A stretch of 64,000 nucleotides of DNA from an uncultured bacterium (GTDB lineage Bacteria > Fidelibacterota > UBA2242): assembly GCA_964589175.1 (NCBI GenBank), contig CAZPRY010000001.1, forward strand, positions 56,253 to 120,252. The letters are read 5' to 3'. Below, piece by piece: positions 46,705 to 56,049 of this stretch. The translations under genes were made by a program, and so were the position numbers. The notes under the pieces are model-generated. The model did no database searches and had not been told where the DNA came from. It saw only the letters and a list, made by a program, of their open reading frames with translations. How positions within the stretch are numbered: position 1 is the stretch's first letter; each line of letters begins with the position of its first letter.

Positions 46705-47670
46705 ATGAAGTTTAAAAATATAATACAGATTGCCGGAATTATCGATCAGCCGGAAGCCGATTTGCTGATGCAATGCGGTGTCGAGTGGCTGGGCTTTCCG
46801 CTGCGCCTGTCCGTGAACCGGGAAGACCTAAGCGAGGACGAAGCGGCGGTTGTCATCCGGAATATTCCCAGTCCGCATGTCCCTGTTTTAATTACTTACC
46901 TGGATCGCGCTGCCGATATTGCCGAATTTTGCGGGCGGCTCGGCGTCGGCATGGTGCAGCTCCACGGAGCAATTGCCATTTCCGAGATTACCGAACTGAA
47001 AAGCATTGCGCCGTCGTTGCAGATCATCAAAAGCCTGATCGTCAGGGGCGATAATCTTGCGCAATTGCTCGAAGCGCTGGTCGACTATGCACTCTATGTG
47101 GACGCTTTCATCACCGATACTTTCGACCCGGCGACGGGCGCCAGCGGTGCGACCGGGAAAGTGCACGACTGGTCGATCAGCCGTGAACTGGTGGAGAATT
47201 CGAGCAAGCCGATCATCCTGGCCGGCGGTTTAACGCCCGAGAATGTCCGTGCGGCGATCCTGTCAGTTCGTCCGGCGGGTGTCGATGCGCACACCGGCGT
47301 GGAAGCCCTGAACGGCCGCAAAGGCCCTGAGCGCGTCTGGCGTTTTGTTACCGAGGCACGGGAGGCCTTCAGGCAACTGGAGCGTGACGAAGAGTACGAC
47401 AACGATATTGATCCGGAAGTGCCGGTGGACGGCGTGCTTGACCTGCACACTTTCAGCCCCAAAGAGGTCAAAGACCTCGTGCCGGAATATATCCGGGCTT
47501 GCCGGGAGAAGGGCATTTATCAAATCCGCATCATCCACGGCAAAGGCACCGGAACCCTGCGGCGGACGGTGCAGGCCCTTCTGGATCGCTCGACGGAAGT
47601 GGAGTCGTATGCAACGGCCGACGGGCCCGGAGGCGGTTGGGGCGCCACGCTTGTCGTGTTGCGCCGGTGA
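46705..47670 (+). CDS. Fusion protein: N-terminal phosphoribosylanthranilate isomerase (TrpF) domain + C-terminal Smr (small MutS-related nuclease) domain
   Basis: Residues 1-~215 show TrpF-like motifs (IQIAGI, VQLHG, GASGATGKVHDWS, ILAGGLTPENVRAAILSVRPAGVDAHTGVEALNGRKG). Residues ~245-321 form a canonical Smr domain (VLDLHTF...IRIIHGKGTGTLRRTVQALL...GGGWGATLVVL). It starts 4 nt after the rluA stop. No other trp genes are in the window. Confidence 0.75.
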   Translation: MKFKNIIQIAGIIDQPEADLLMQCGVEWLGFPLRLSVNREDLSEDEAAVVIRNIPSPHVPVLITYLDRAADIAEFCGRLGVGMVQLHGAIAISEITELKSIAPSLQIIKSLIVRGDNLAQLLEALVDYALYVDAFITDTFDPATGASGATGKVHDWSISRELVENSSKPIILAGGLTPENVRAAILSVRPAGVDAHTGVEALNGRKGPERVWRFVTEAREAFRQLERDEEYDNDIDPEVPVDGVLDLHTFSPKEVKDLVPEYIRACREKGIYQIRIIHGKGTGTLRRTVQALLDRSTEVESYATADGPGGGWGATLVVLRR

Positions 47671-47856
47671 TCCCCGAGGCATATTAGTCCTGATCCGTCA
47701 TTCTGAGGGCATAGAATGCCCGAAGAATCAGATTGGTAGGTTATTGCCTGTTTTATAGATAAATCCAATCCATGAGAAATTAGTATTGCATTTTTGGCTA
47801 TGAAGTATTATTGTCTGTTAATCTACAAACCACAACCTAATAAAGGCGGGTAAATA

Positions 47857-48987
47857 ATGCAGAAAAATAAAATGAAAAAGCAGAAGAGTTGTTTTTTGTA
47901 TCGGGTGTTTTTCACCCTCGTCCTGGGAGCGTGCGCCTTGTTGTTGACGGTTAACTCATACGCCCAGACCGCAGAACCCATCGAAGGGCTAGGTCCTCTA
48001 CTCTCGGAAGCGGCCACGCAGTACCTTCAGCCGGTTTTTCCGGCCCTGAGCGCCAATTTTAACAGCGGCTGGTTCAGTTCGATACCGCCCCGCAAAAAAC
48101 TGGCTTTCGATATCGAGATCGGCCTGGCGGCTGTCGGTACCCGGATTGGTTCGGGAGCGGAGGATTTTTCCATTCCGGGGCACTATTATTTTTCACCGAC
48201 CATGGCGCAGGAATTTACCGAATCGATTGCCGACCAGCCGAATATCCGCAGCCAAGTGGTCGATCAACTGGTCAATACCGGCATCGCCATGTCGATGAGC
48301 GGCGGAACGATCATCGGCGGCAATCAGAATGTCACGCTGCATTTCGGCGACAAAGACGAGATTAATTTCGTGATCCGGCATCCCGACTACCCCTTCCCGG
48401 TCTATGTGAACCTGGAAGCCGAGCCCTTCGAAGTCGAAGCGGGCGGCGTTCTGGGGGGCTGGCCGGCCCTGCCGCTGGCGTTTCCGCAGATAAAACTGGG
48501 CACGATCATGGGCACGCAGCTGATTTTCCGGGGTGTCCCGCCGATCGCCATCAACGACGATGTCGGGGACTTTTCGTTTACCGGCTTCGGCCTGATGCAC
48601 AACCCGATGGTCTGGCTGCCCAAAATCCTGCCGGTGCAGGCGGCCCTCGGTGGCATGTGGCAAAGCATCAGCCTCGGCGATCATCTCGATATCCGGACCC
48701 TGAGTTTTGCGGGAATGGTCGGTTACCAGCTGGGCAAGCGCTGGGTTCGCCTGACGCCGCAGCTGGGATTCATCAGTGACCGGACGACGATGGAATTTAA
48801 CTACACCGAATCGATCGACGTGCCGGGCGGTGAGGAAGAAATCACCTTGGATATGTCACTCGAACAGGCGCAGTCCCGGCGCACGTTTGTCGGTTTGCAT
48901 CTCTATCTTGTCCATCTCAACTTCTTCGCGCGCTATTTTATGAGTGGTGAGACCGGCGTCGCGGGCGGAATATCGATCAGCTTCTAA
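47857..48987 (+). CDS. Hypothetical exported protein, probable outer-membrane beta-barrel (C-terminal ...GGISISF)
   Basis: 376 aa with signal peptide (FFTLVLGACALLLTVNSYAQ). It has Gly/aromatic-rich alternating segments and a terminal Phe. No family was recognised. Confidence 0.5.
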   Translation: MQKNKMKKQKSCFLYRVFFTLVLGACALLLTVNSYAQTAEPIEGLGPLLSEAATQYLQPVFPALSANFNSGWFSSIPPRKKLAFDIEIGLAAVGTRIGSGAEDFSIPGHYYFSPTMAQEFTESIADQPNIRSQVVDQLVNTGIAMSMSGGTIIGGNQNVTLHFGDKDEINFVIRHPDYPFPVYVNLEAEPFEVEAGGVLGGWPALPLAFPQIKLGTIMGTQLIFRGVPPIAINDDVGDFSFTGFGLMHNPMVWLPKILPVQAALGGMWQSISLGDHLDIRTLSFAGMVGYQLGKRWVRLTPQLGFISDRTTMEFNYTESIDVPGGEEEITLDMSLEQAQSRRTFVGLHLYLVHLNFFARYFMSGETGVAGGISISF

Positions 48988-49010
48988 TCAATTAGGAATG
49001 GAGTAATAAG

Positions 49011-49913
49011 ATGAAACCAATGATTATCGCATCAATCATACTCTTTATCGTATCGTTTACAGCAGTCAATTATACCCATAGCGATCCGGAAGTCTGGGTG
49101 GAAACCGAGTCAGAAGAACACAGCCAGTTTATCTTTTCCAAGACCGGTGAAACAATCACGGCCAAATATTCACAGAATGTTAGTCTAACGGAACCGGAGG
49201 ATGCGGAAAATCCGAAAGAAAATGACGAAAAGGATTTAAAGGTCGACTACGTGACAGCGCAAATCACTACTTTTTCGGGGACGTTCGCAGGAGGCGCGGC
49301 TGTGTCGACGGGCGATCCATTCTTGTTCGCATCCGAAAAACAGATACCCATCGCCGAGTTGCGGCTCTATCAATTCGAGGTCATTGAAGAAAAGTTCTCC
49401 TTTCAAAACGCTGATTGTGATCGTACCTGGGAAGATGCGACACAAACGGAAACCGTTTCAAAATCCTGTTACATTCTTGCCGCTTCAGGGAGCTATCAAT
49501 TGGATGGAGTGACCTATGATTATACCGACAATGCCGGTACAAATCATAACGGATCATTGTCACTTTCAGATAGCCAGAAGCAAGCCAACACGCTGCATTG
49601 TAAAGACAAGTATAATCTTATCGATATGAACATAGATCTGGACGTAACGACTTTCGGTTTAACCTGGCTGCAGGAGTATATGGATAACAATGGATATGAC
49701 GATCCCAATTTTACGGAGAATGTTAAGGACGCAAAAGTCAGTATTGTGGAAACGGGTGGTGCGCCGCCAATTGCCGTTTCCGATCCCGAAATCAGCGATG
49801 ATGGCGAGATCCATTTCGACTGGAAGGTTGAGATGGACGGAGGCGTCATTCACCTGGTTTTGAATCCCGTGGAATATCCCTTTACGATGGACTTCAAGCG
49901 GACCGGGGATTAA
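49011..49913 (+). CDS. Hypothetical secreted protein
   Basis: 300 aa with an N-terminal TM/signal (MKPMIIASIILFIVSFTAV). It is acidic and visibly lower in GC than its neighbours. It sits 23 nt downstream of the putative OMP gene. Confidence 0.5.
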   Translation: MKPMIIASIILFIVSFTAVNYTHSDPEVWVETESEEHSQFIFSKTGETITAKYSQNVSLTEPEDAENPKENDEKDLKVDYVTAQITTFSGTFAGGAAVSTGDPFLFASEKQIPIAELRLYQFEVIEEKFSFQNADCDRTWEDATQTETVSKSCYILAASGSYQLDGVTYDYTDNAGTNHNGSLSLSDSQKQANTLHCKDKYNLIDMNIDLDVTTFGLTWLQEYMDNNGYDDPNFTENVKDAKVSIVETGGAPPIAVSDPEISDDGEIHFDWKVEMDGGVIHLVLNPVEYPFTMDFKRTGD

Positions 49914-50203
49914 GACAGAAACTACATAAGGGTGACCTTGTACCCTCATGACGGATCGTTATGAAAAACCGTTGAAACGGTTATGACGATTGCCGCTTTT
50001 TCAAATGAGATGCTGTCCCCAAAGTAATATTTTAGCCCGAATCGGTCATATTGATCCCGCAAAACGGGAGAAACATCGGGTTTACTTCGACGAGATCCTT
50101 CTCCCGCTCCACGGGATCACGCCGGAAGCATCTCTTCGAAAGGATGACATACTCTTCAGATCTTTGGGATGGACTCTTCATTTATAGCTAGCGCAGGAAT
50201 TTT

Positions 50204-51016
50204 ATGTATCCAACTCTATTGCATTTTGGTTCTATTCGCGTCAGCAGCTACGGTGTCATGCTTACGGCGGCCTTTGTCGTCGGTTACCTGCTGCTGTACT
50301 GGGAGGTGCGGCGGCGTAATATCGACGTAAAGTTCATGCAGCGCGGCTACGGCTCGGCGATTATCGGCGCTTTCGCCGGGGCCCGGATCCACTCGATTCT
50401 GCTAGATACTGCCCACTTTTTCAAAGAGCCGCTGCGAGTTCTGTTTGCCAAAGGCGGCTGGACCTTCCAGGGAGCGCTGATCGGCGGAATCACGGTCGCG
50501 ATTGTTTACCTCTTGATTCACAAGCGCAATCTGCTGGCGGACCTGGATGTCGTCGCGCCGATCATTTTCGTCGGGCAGGGGATCGGCCGTATGGGCTGCC
50601 TGCTGGCGGGTTGCTGCCACGGCAAGGCAACCGGTTTCTTCCTGGGAGCCTGTTATCCGGCCGGCAGCGAGGTGTCATACTACCAGTTCGAGCATGGCCT
50701 GCTGCAATCGGCACAGCTGCCGTCCCTGCCGGTGCACCTGACGCCGGTCTATGAGGCGCTTTTCAATTTCGCCATGTTTTTTGTGCTCGTGAAGTGGCTG
50801 CGCCCGCGCCTGAAGTACCGCGGTTCGACCTTCGCGCTCTACCTGATCATCTCGGGTGTCGAACGCTTTCTGATCGAGTTTATCCGCATCAACCCGGTTG
50901 GGGCGCTGGGACTGACCGATTTCCAGTGGATGGCAATGGGGCTGGCGCTGACGGGGACGATCGTTCTGATTTTCTTCGCGAAGCAAGCCAAAGGCGCTGA
51001 AGAGCTCGGTCTGTAG
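50204..51016 (+). CDS. lgt: Prolipoprotein diacylglyceryl transferase
   Basis: 270 aa polytopic. The Lgt-like signature region is APIIFVGQGIGRMGCLLAGCCHG, and the C-terminus reads GVERFLIEFIR. Confidence 0.7.
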   Translation: MYPTLLHFGSIRVSSYGVMLTAAFVVGYLLLYWEVRRRNIDVKFMQRGYGSAIIGAFAGARIHSILLDTAHFFKEPLRVLFAKGGWTFQGALIGGITVAIVYLLIHKRNLLADLDVVAPIIFVGQGIGRMGCLLAGCCHGKATGFFLGACYPAGSEVSYYQFEHGLLQSAQLPSLPVHLTPVYEALFNFAMFFVLVKWLRPRLKYRGSTFALYLIISGVERFLIEFIRINPVGALGLTDFQWMAMGLALTGTIVLIFFAKQAKGAEELGL

Positions 51017-51054
51017 TATCGTCCGATCTTTTAAACTATCGTTGGGTCGGGTCC

Positions 51055-53505
51055 TCAGACCGAACCCATTCGTGAAGTTATCCGCCCAAAGACAATTTCG
51101 CTCAAAGCATCATAATCATAGTCATCGGGGTAAACGGGCTCCATAAATTCCAGCCTGATTTTTTTGAATGGCCGGGGCAGACGATGCCCGCGCGGGTAGG
51201 CCGCAATCGCACCGTCGAGCGCCACGGGTACGACCGGCACATTTAATTCCTTACTCAAAATGGCGAAGGTTTTTTTGAATTCCTGAACGGAACCGTCATG
51301 GGTCCGGGTTCCTTCGGGAAAGATCAGAATACTTTTGCCGGCCTTCAGCGCCGCCGCCAGTTTGCGGATGGAGTTTTCCAGGGCCTCACCGCCGTCGATC
51401 AGGATGATCTGGTTCGTATCGGCTAAAAACTTAATGAAGCGATTGCGGAAGTAGCGCTCCTTGGCGGTGTAAAATACATTCCGGAAAATCCGGTAATCCA
51501 CCTTGCAGAAAATGAAAAACGGGTCCAGGTAGGTCTGATGGTTCGCGGCGTAAATGACCGGACCGCCGGGAATATTGTCCGTGCCCCGGATGGATAGATT
51601 GTAGAATATCGAGAACAGGAAACGAACCCCCGCGATGATCAGGTGATGCGTTCTCCATCTCTGCGGCAGGATTGTATCCGGTGATCGATCCAGAATCTTG
51701 TGCCAGTCGGGATCTTCAATTTGCATTTTTCGCTTTTGTTGCCGGATGAGGGTCGCCCAATCGCGGACAGTTTTGGATTCCCACTCCTCATCGGTTTTCA
51801 CGCCGAAGGAAGACGCGACGAAGGCCCGGAGAATCAATCGGTCCAGCGAATCCAATCCCAAATCAATCCCGATGTGATCGTCCGGCCGGACGGCGTTCTT
51901 CGTCAACTTCTGCAGATAATCTTTCAGGATATGGTATTCAATGAAATCCGGTTCAGGGCCGTTTTGGAGACTTTGCCTGTCGGTTTGGATGAATGAGGCC
52001 AGGGAGTAGCGCCGGATTTTCCCCAGCGCGGTGCGGGGCAATGCCCGGTCGGTGAGGATCAGCCGGGATATCTTACGAAACGGCGGAGCTGTGCGGTTGT
52101 ACAGATCGATCACTTCCCACTTGATATGGTTTTCGACGGCGCCAATTCCCCGCTTTTTACACCGGGCGCAATCGGGATAAACGAGCGCATGCAGCCGGTC
52201 GTTCTTCTCAAAGACGGCGACCTCCCGGATCAGATCCGACAATTGGGCGATCTCCGCTTCGATGGTTTCGGCATGCATGTTCTTGCCGTTGGACAGCACG
52301 ATCCGGTCGTTCTTGCGCCCTGTAATCCAGAGATAGCCGTCCTGGTCGAGACGACCCAGATCGTCCGTATAGAGCCAGTCGTCCCGCAGCGCATTTTTCG
52401 TTTGAGGTGAATCGGCATAATAACCGGGCATGACATTGGCGCCTTTTACAGCGATTTCATCATCAGCTGTTTTAATCTCGCAGCCGCGGATCGGCAGACC
52501 GACCGAGCCGATTTTGATCCTATCGGGTGGATTGAAGGCGATCATCGGGGCTGTTTCGGTCATACCGTAACCGGTATGAAATCGAAAACCCAATGTGCGG
52601 AAATCCTTTTCGATTTGCGGATCGATGGCCGCACCGCCGCAGATCAGGTAGCGGATATTCCCGCCGAATTTCTCGTGGACTTCCCGGAAGATCCATGCTG
52701 AAAGTTTCCTGTTTTGCAATAGCTCCGAGAGACGCAACATCAGCATTCCGAATTTCCGGGCTTTTATCGTTTCCATAATGCGTGTGTGCAACTCCGCAAA
52801 TAAGCGCGGCACCCCGACGATGGCGGAAACGTAGTGATCGGCGAGTGTATCCATTAGCTCTTTCGCTTCGAGAGAGGGCGAAAACACGCAGACGGCACCG
52901 GCGTAAAGCGGCAACAAGAGCGTCCAAAGCAGCGGGAAAATATGGCAGAGCGGCAGGAGCACCAGCACCGCGTCCTTTTCCGTGGCGAAATCTCCCAGGC
53001 CGAGGATGGCTTCGATGTTAGTCCGTAGATTTCGAAGAGTCAGCATGACGCCCCTGGGACCGGAAGTGGTTCCCGATGTATAGGCGATCAGGGCGACATC
53101 ATCGCTTTTCTGCGGTTTAAATGTCATCGCTGTGTCGCTGCCGCCGGACACGGTCATTTGATCGGGATTAATAACTCGCGCCCGGTACGCCAGCTTTGGA
53201 CAGAGTTTATTAAATTTTGCCTGATGAGTATTAGATACAAAAATGAGCTCCGGCCGGCATTCATCCAAAATCGCCCGGATTGTATCCTCGTCTTCGGAAA
53301 AATCGAAAATTACCGGAATCGTATGGTTGTACCAGGCCGCGTAGATTGCATAGGCCCATTCCGGCCGGTTTTCCAGCATGAGGGCAATTTTAGAATTTGC
53401 GGGAATCAGCGAGCGAAATACGTCGATATTCGCGTATAGTTCCCGGTAGAGAATACGCTGATTTTTCCAGATGATGGCCGTGTTATCGCTTTTTTCGGAT
53501 AGCAT
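51055..53505 (-). CDS. Tri-domain acyl-AMP ligase (AMP-binding) - acyl-carrier domain - 1-acyl-sn-glycerol-3-phosphate acyltransferase (PlsC-like); Aas-like in reversed order
   Basis: 816 aa. The AMP-binding motifs are YTSGTTSGPRGVMLT and GYGMTETAP. The carrier-protein Ser motif is IDLGLDSLDRLIL. The acyltransferase motifs are H-x4-D (AANHQTYLDP) and FPEGTRTHDG. Confidence 0.75.
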   Translation of the reverse strand: MLSEKSDNTAIIWKNQRILYRELYANIDVFRSLIPANSKIALMLENRPEWAYAIYAAWYNHTIPVIFDFSEDEDTIRAILDECRPELIFVSNTHQAKFNKLCPKLAYRARVINPDQMTVSGGSDTAMTFKPQKSDDVALIAYTSGTTSGPRGVMLTLRNLRTNIEAILGLGDFATEKDAVLVLLPLCHIFPLLWTLLLPLYAGAVCVFSPSLEAKELMDTLADHYVSAIVGVPRLFAELHTRIMETIKARKFGMLMLRLSELLQNRKLSAWIFREVHEKFGGNIRYLICGGAAIDPQIEKDFRTLGFRFHTGYGMTETAPMIAFNPPDRIKIGSVGLPIRGCEIKTADDEIAVKGANVMPGYYADSPQTKNALRDDWLYTDDLGRLDQDGYLWITGRKNDRIVLSNGKNMHAETIEAEIAQLSDLIREVAVFEKNDRLHALVYPDCARCKKRGIGAVENHIKWEVIDLYNRTAPPFRKISRLILTDRALPRTALGKIRRYSLASFIQTDRQSLQNGPEPDFIEYHILKDYLQKLTKNAVRPDDHIGIDLGLDSLDRLILRAFVASSFGVKTDEEWESKTVRDWATLIRQQKRKMQIEDPDWHKILDRSPDTILPQRWRTHHLIIAGVRFLFSIFYNLSIRGTDNIPGGPVIYAANHQTYLDPFFIFCKVDYRIFRNVFYTAKERYFRNRFIKFLADTNQIILIDGGEALENSIRKLAAALKAGKSILIFPEGTRTHDGSVQEFKKTFAILSKELNVPVVPVALDGAIAAYPRGHRLPRPFKKIRLEFMEPVYPDDYDYDALSEIVFGRITSRMGSV

Positions 53506-53887
53506 CGAATAATCCTCACAGTGCGATAGAGGAAGTCAGTACCCATTACGTTCCGGAATAGAACTTTTGTCCATACGCCCATGCTGCTTCGAATCTCTCC
53601 GGCTGACAGAGGCGGTATATTTTAAGTGACGAGAAGAACATTATGGCAATCCTGATTCGCTTGATGCAAAATATACAAGGCCGAGATTACGAAATTCACA
53701 CCTTACTGTCAAGCCGGTGCCGATAGTGCCAGGTTTGAAGATTTGCCGGAGCTACAACACAACACGTCCCGGTTATTATTTTTCACTGCTTCACGGAACT
53801 ATCGGTTGCTTGTTAATTTCATATCCGTTAAGCTACGCGGCGGACGTCGACAGAAAAACCAATTCATAGTAAAGTACGGGGGTTCAT

Positions 53888-54544
53888 ATGCGCATTACTC
53901 ACGAATTCCGAAAAACGGCGGTTGTGCTTACTTTCCTTCTTTTGGGTTTACTGGCCTGTTCGGGGCAGCCGGAGTCGGATTTTGTCGAACTGGTGGACGT
54001 GATCCCGGATGTCGTGCTCGATATTCGCTATGCCACCGAAAACAATTTTGTCGGCGAAGTGCTCTATCCGTCGGCGCGCTGTTTTCTGATGCGCGAGCCG
54101 GCCCTGGCGCTGGCCAAAGTCCAGGACGATCTGAAATCCCGGGGCTACCAATTGAAAGTATACGACGGTTATCGTCCGCTCTCGGTGCAAAAGCGCATGT
54201 GGGAAATCCTGCCCGACTCGCGCTATGTGGCCGACCCCGCCACCGGATCGATGCACAACCGCGGTTATTCGGTTGATGTGGCTCTGCTGGACAGCGCTGG
54301 TAATGAACTGCTGATGCCGACGCCTTTCGATGATTTTACCGAAGCCGCGCGGCAGGATAATATGGATTTACCCGAAGACGCCATCCGCCATCGCGCGATT
54401 CTGCGCACGGCCATGGAGAAACAGGGCTTCTCGATCATCGATACGGAATGGTGGCACTATAATTACCGGGGCGCCAGGGACAAACCGGTTCTGGATGTAT
54501 CGCTCGACGATTTGGTAGCAGCCCAAAAGAGCATCAAAAAGTAA
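53888..54544 (+). CDS. ddpX: D-alanyl-D-alanine dipeptidase (peptidase M15D, VanX/DdpX family)
   Basis: 218 aa with a signal peptide. The VanX motifs are DIRYATENNF, SMHNRGYSVDVAL and EWWHYNY. Confidence 0.85.
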   Translation: MRITHEFRKTAVVLTFLLLGLLACSGQPESDFVELVDVIPDVVLDIRYATENNFVGEVLYPSARCFLMREPALALAKVQDDLKSRGYQLKVYDGYRPLSVQKRMWEILPDSRYVADPATGSMHNRGYSVDVALLDSAGNELLMPTPFDDFTEAARQDNMDLPEDAIRHRAILRTAMEKQGFSIIDTEWWHYNYRGARDKPVLDVSLDDLVAAQKSIKK

Positions 54545-54571
54545 ATCTCGTAAAATTCAAGGAAATATAAG

Positions 54572-55825
54572 ATGAGCGCAAAGAGGATTTTTATCGCCAC
54601 AGTATGCCTGCTGCTGGGATTGTTTGAGTTCGCCTGCGATTCGGCGCGCCCGGCCACCCGTCTGCGCCTGGGGCACCCGGTTGAAGTGGGCATGGATGCG
54701 GCGCGCTTGGACCGGATCGGGGATGTCATTCGTGAAGATATTGCGGCTGGTAAATTGCCCGGCGCGACAGTGGTGGTCGGTCGAAAAGGAACGATTGTGT
54801 ATAGTGAGGCTTTCGGCAATGCGCAACTGGTTCCCGAGCCGGAGCCGATGACGATCAATAAGATTTTCGATATGGCTTCGGTTTCCAAGCCGGTCGCTAC
54901 TGCGACATCCGTGATGATCCTGGTCGAGGAGGGCAAAATCCGCCTGATGGACCCGGTGAACCTGTACATCCCCGAATTTCGGAATTATACAGACCGTGAT
55001 GGCAACGAGGAGGTGATCCGCATCTTCCACCTGCTGACGCATACATCCGGCCTGCCGCCGTACACCGATGCGCCGCCGCTGCGAGAGAAATACGGTGCGC
55101 CCTGCCCGGAGCAGGTGATTCAAACCATTGCGGCGCTGGACAGGACTTGCCCGCCCGGTACGGAATTTCACTACAGCTGCCTGGGCTTTATTACGCTGGC
55201 GGAGATCGTTCATCGCGTTTCCGGCCAGACGATTGATGCCTTTACGCGGGATCGGATTTTCATACCGCTGGGCATGAAAAGCAGCACCTACTGCCCGCCC
55301 GATTCCTGGAAACGTTGGATCGTTTCTACGGAAGTTTTCGACGGCCAGCCTCTGCGGGGATTCGTGCACGATCCGCTGGCCCAACTGATGGACGGCAAAT
55401 CCGGCAACGCCGGGCTGTTTTCATCGGCCTACGATCTGGCCATCTTCTGCCAGATGCTGCTGAATGGCGGCAGCTATGGTGATGTGCGCATTCTATCCCC
55501 CCTGACGGTCAAAGCCATGACGACGGTCTATGAGCCGCTGGCCTTTGCCGGTCGCGGATTGGGCTGGGACGTGCGTTCGGATTATTCCTCCAATCTGGGC
55601 GATATCTTCCCGGTCAGTTCCTTCGGCCATACCGGCTTTACCGGCACTTCCATCTGCATTGACCCGGGCACACAGACCTTCGTGATTTTATTGACGAATC
55701 GGGTTCACATGCCTGATGGAAGCGTCATCCCGTTGCGCAGTAAAGTCGCCAACATCGTGGCGGCCAGCATTGTCGATCCGGGAGTGCTATCCCTGAAGAA
55801 CCGGGTGCTGGGAATCCTGCAATGA
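54572..55825 (+). CDS. Class-C beta-lactamase-like serine hydrolase (second copy)
   Basis: 417 aa with a signal peptide. The S-x-x-K motif is MASVSKPVA and the KTG-like motif is GHTGFTGTS. Confidence 0.75.
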   Translation: MSAKRIFIATVCLLLGLFEFACDSARPATRLRLGHPVEVGMDAARLDRIGDVIREDIAAGKLPGATVVVGRKGTIVYSEAFGNAQLVPEPEPMTINKIFDMASVSKPVATATSVMILVEEGKIRLMDPVNLYIPEFRNYTDRDGNEEVIRIFHLLTHTSGLPPYTDAPPLREKYGAPCPEQVIQTIAALDRTCPPGTEFHYSCLGFITLAEIVHRVSGQTIDAFTRDRIFIPLGMKSSTYCPPDSWKRWIVSTEVFDGQPLRGFVHDPLAQLMDGKSGNAGLFSSAYDLAIFCQMLLNGGSYGDVRILSPLTVKAMTTVYEPLAFAGRGLGWDVRSDYSSNLGDIFPVSSFGHTGFTGTSICIDPGTQTFVILLTNRVHMPDGSVIPLRSKVANIVAASIVDPGVLSLKNRVLGILQ

Positions 55826-56049
55826 GTTGATGCCTACCGGATCAAGGCCGGTAGAATTAAGGTTGCCGAAAAAAAATTCGGCGGCGTCCGGATACCGCCG
55901 GTTCCATATCGATTTCTGATCCGCTTTATTAAGAGTGTAGACTTGCTGCTTCCGTTAGATCACCTGAAGATGCGGTCGCTGGTCACCTGATTTGGAGATC
56001 GTTATAATAATGCTACTCGTAGTTGATGACTTTCAACCGGTTGTGATTC

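Noticed and set aside
46705-47350. Interpreting the TrpF domain as evidence of a trp operon
   Set aside because: No trpA/B/C/D/E genes flank it. The neighbours are rluA and unrelated exported proteins.
49961-49982. AACCGTT-GA-AACGGTT palindrome as a terminator for the 49011-49913 gene
   Set aside because: The loop is too short for a stable hairpin and there is no U-tract. It may be a protein-binding site but there is no supporting context.
53743-54276. 177-aa plus-strand ORF overlapping the vanX start
   Set aside because: It is out of frame with vanX, which has unmistakable M15D motifs. The upstream 380 bp is better explained as a divergent promoter region.
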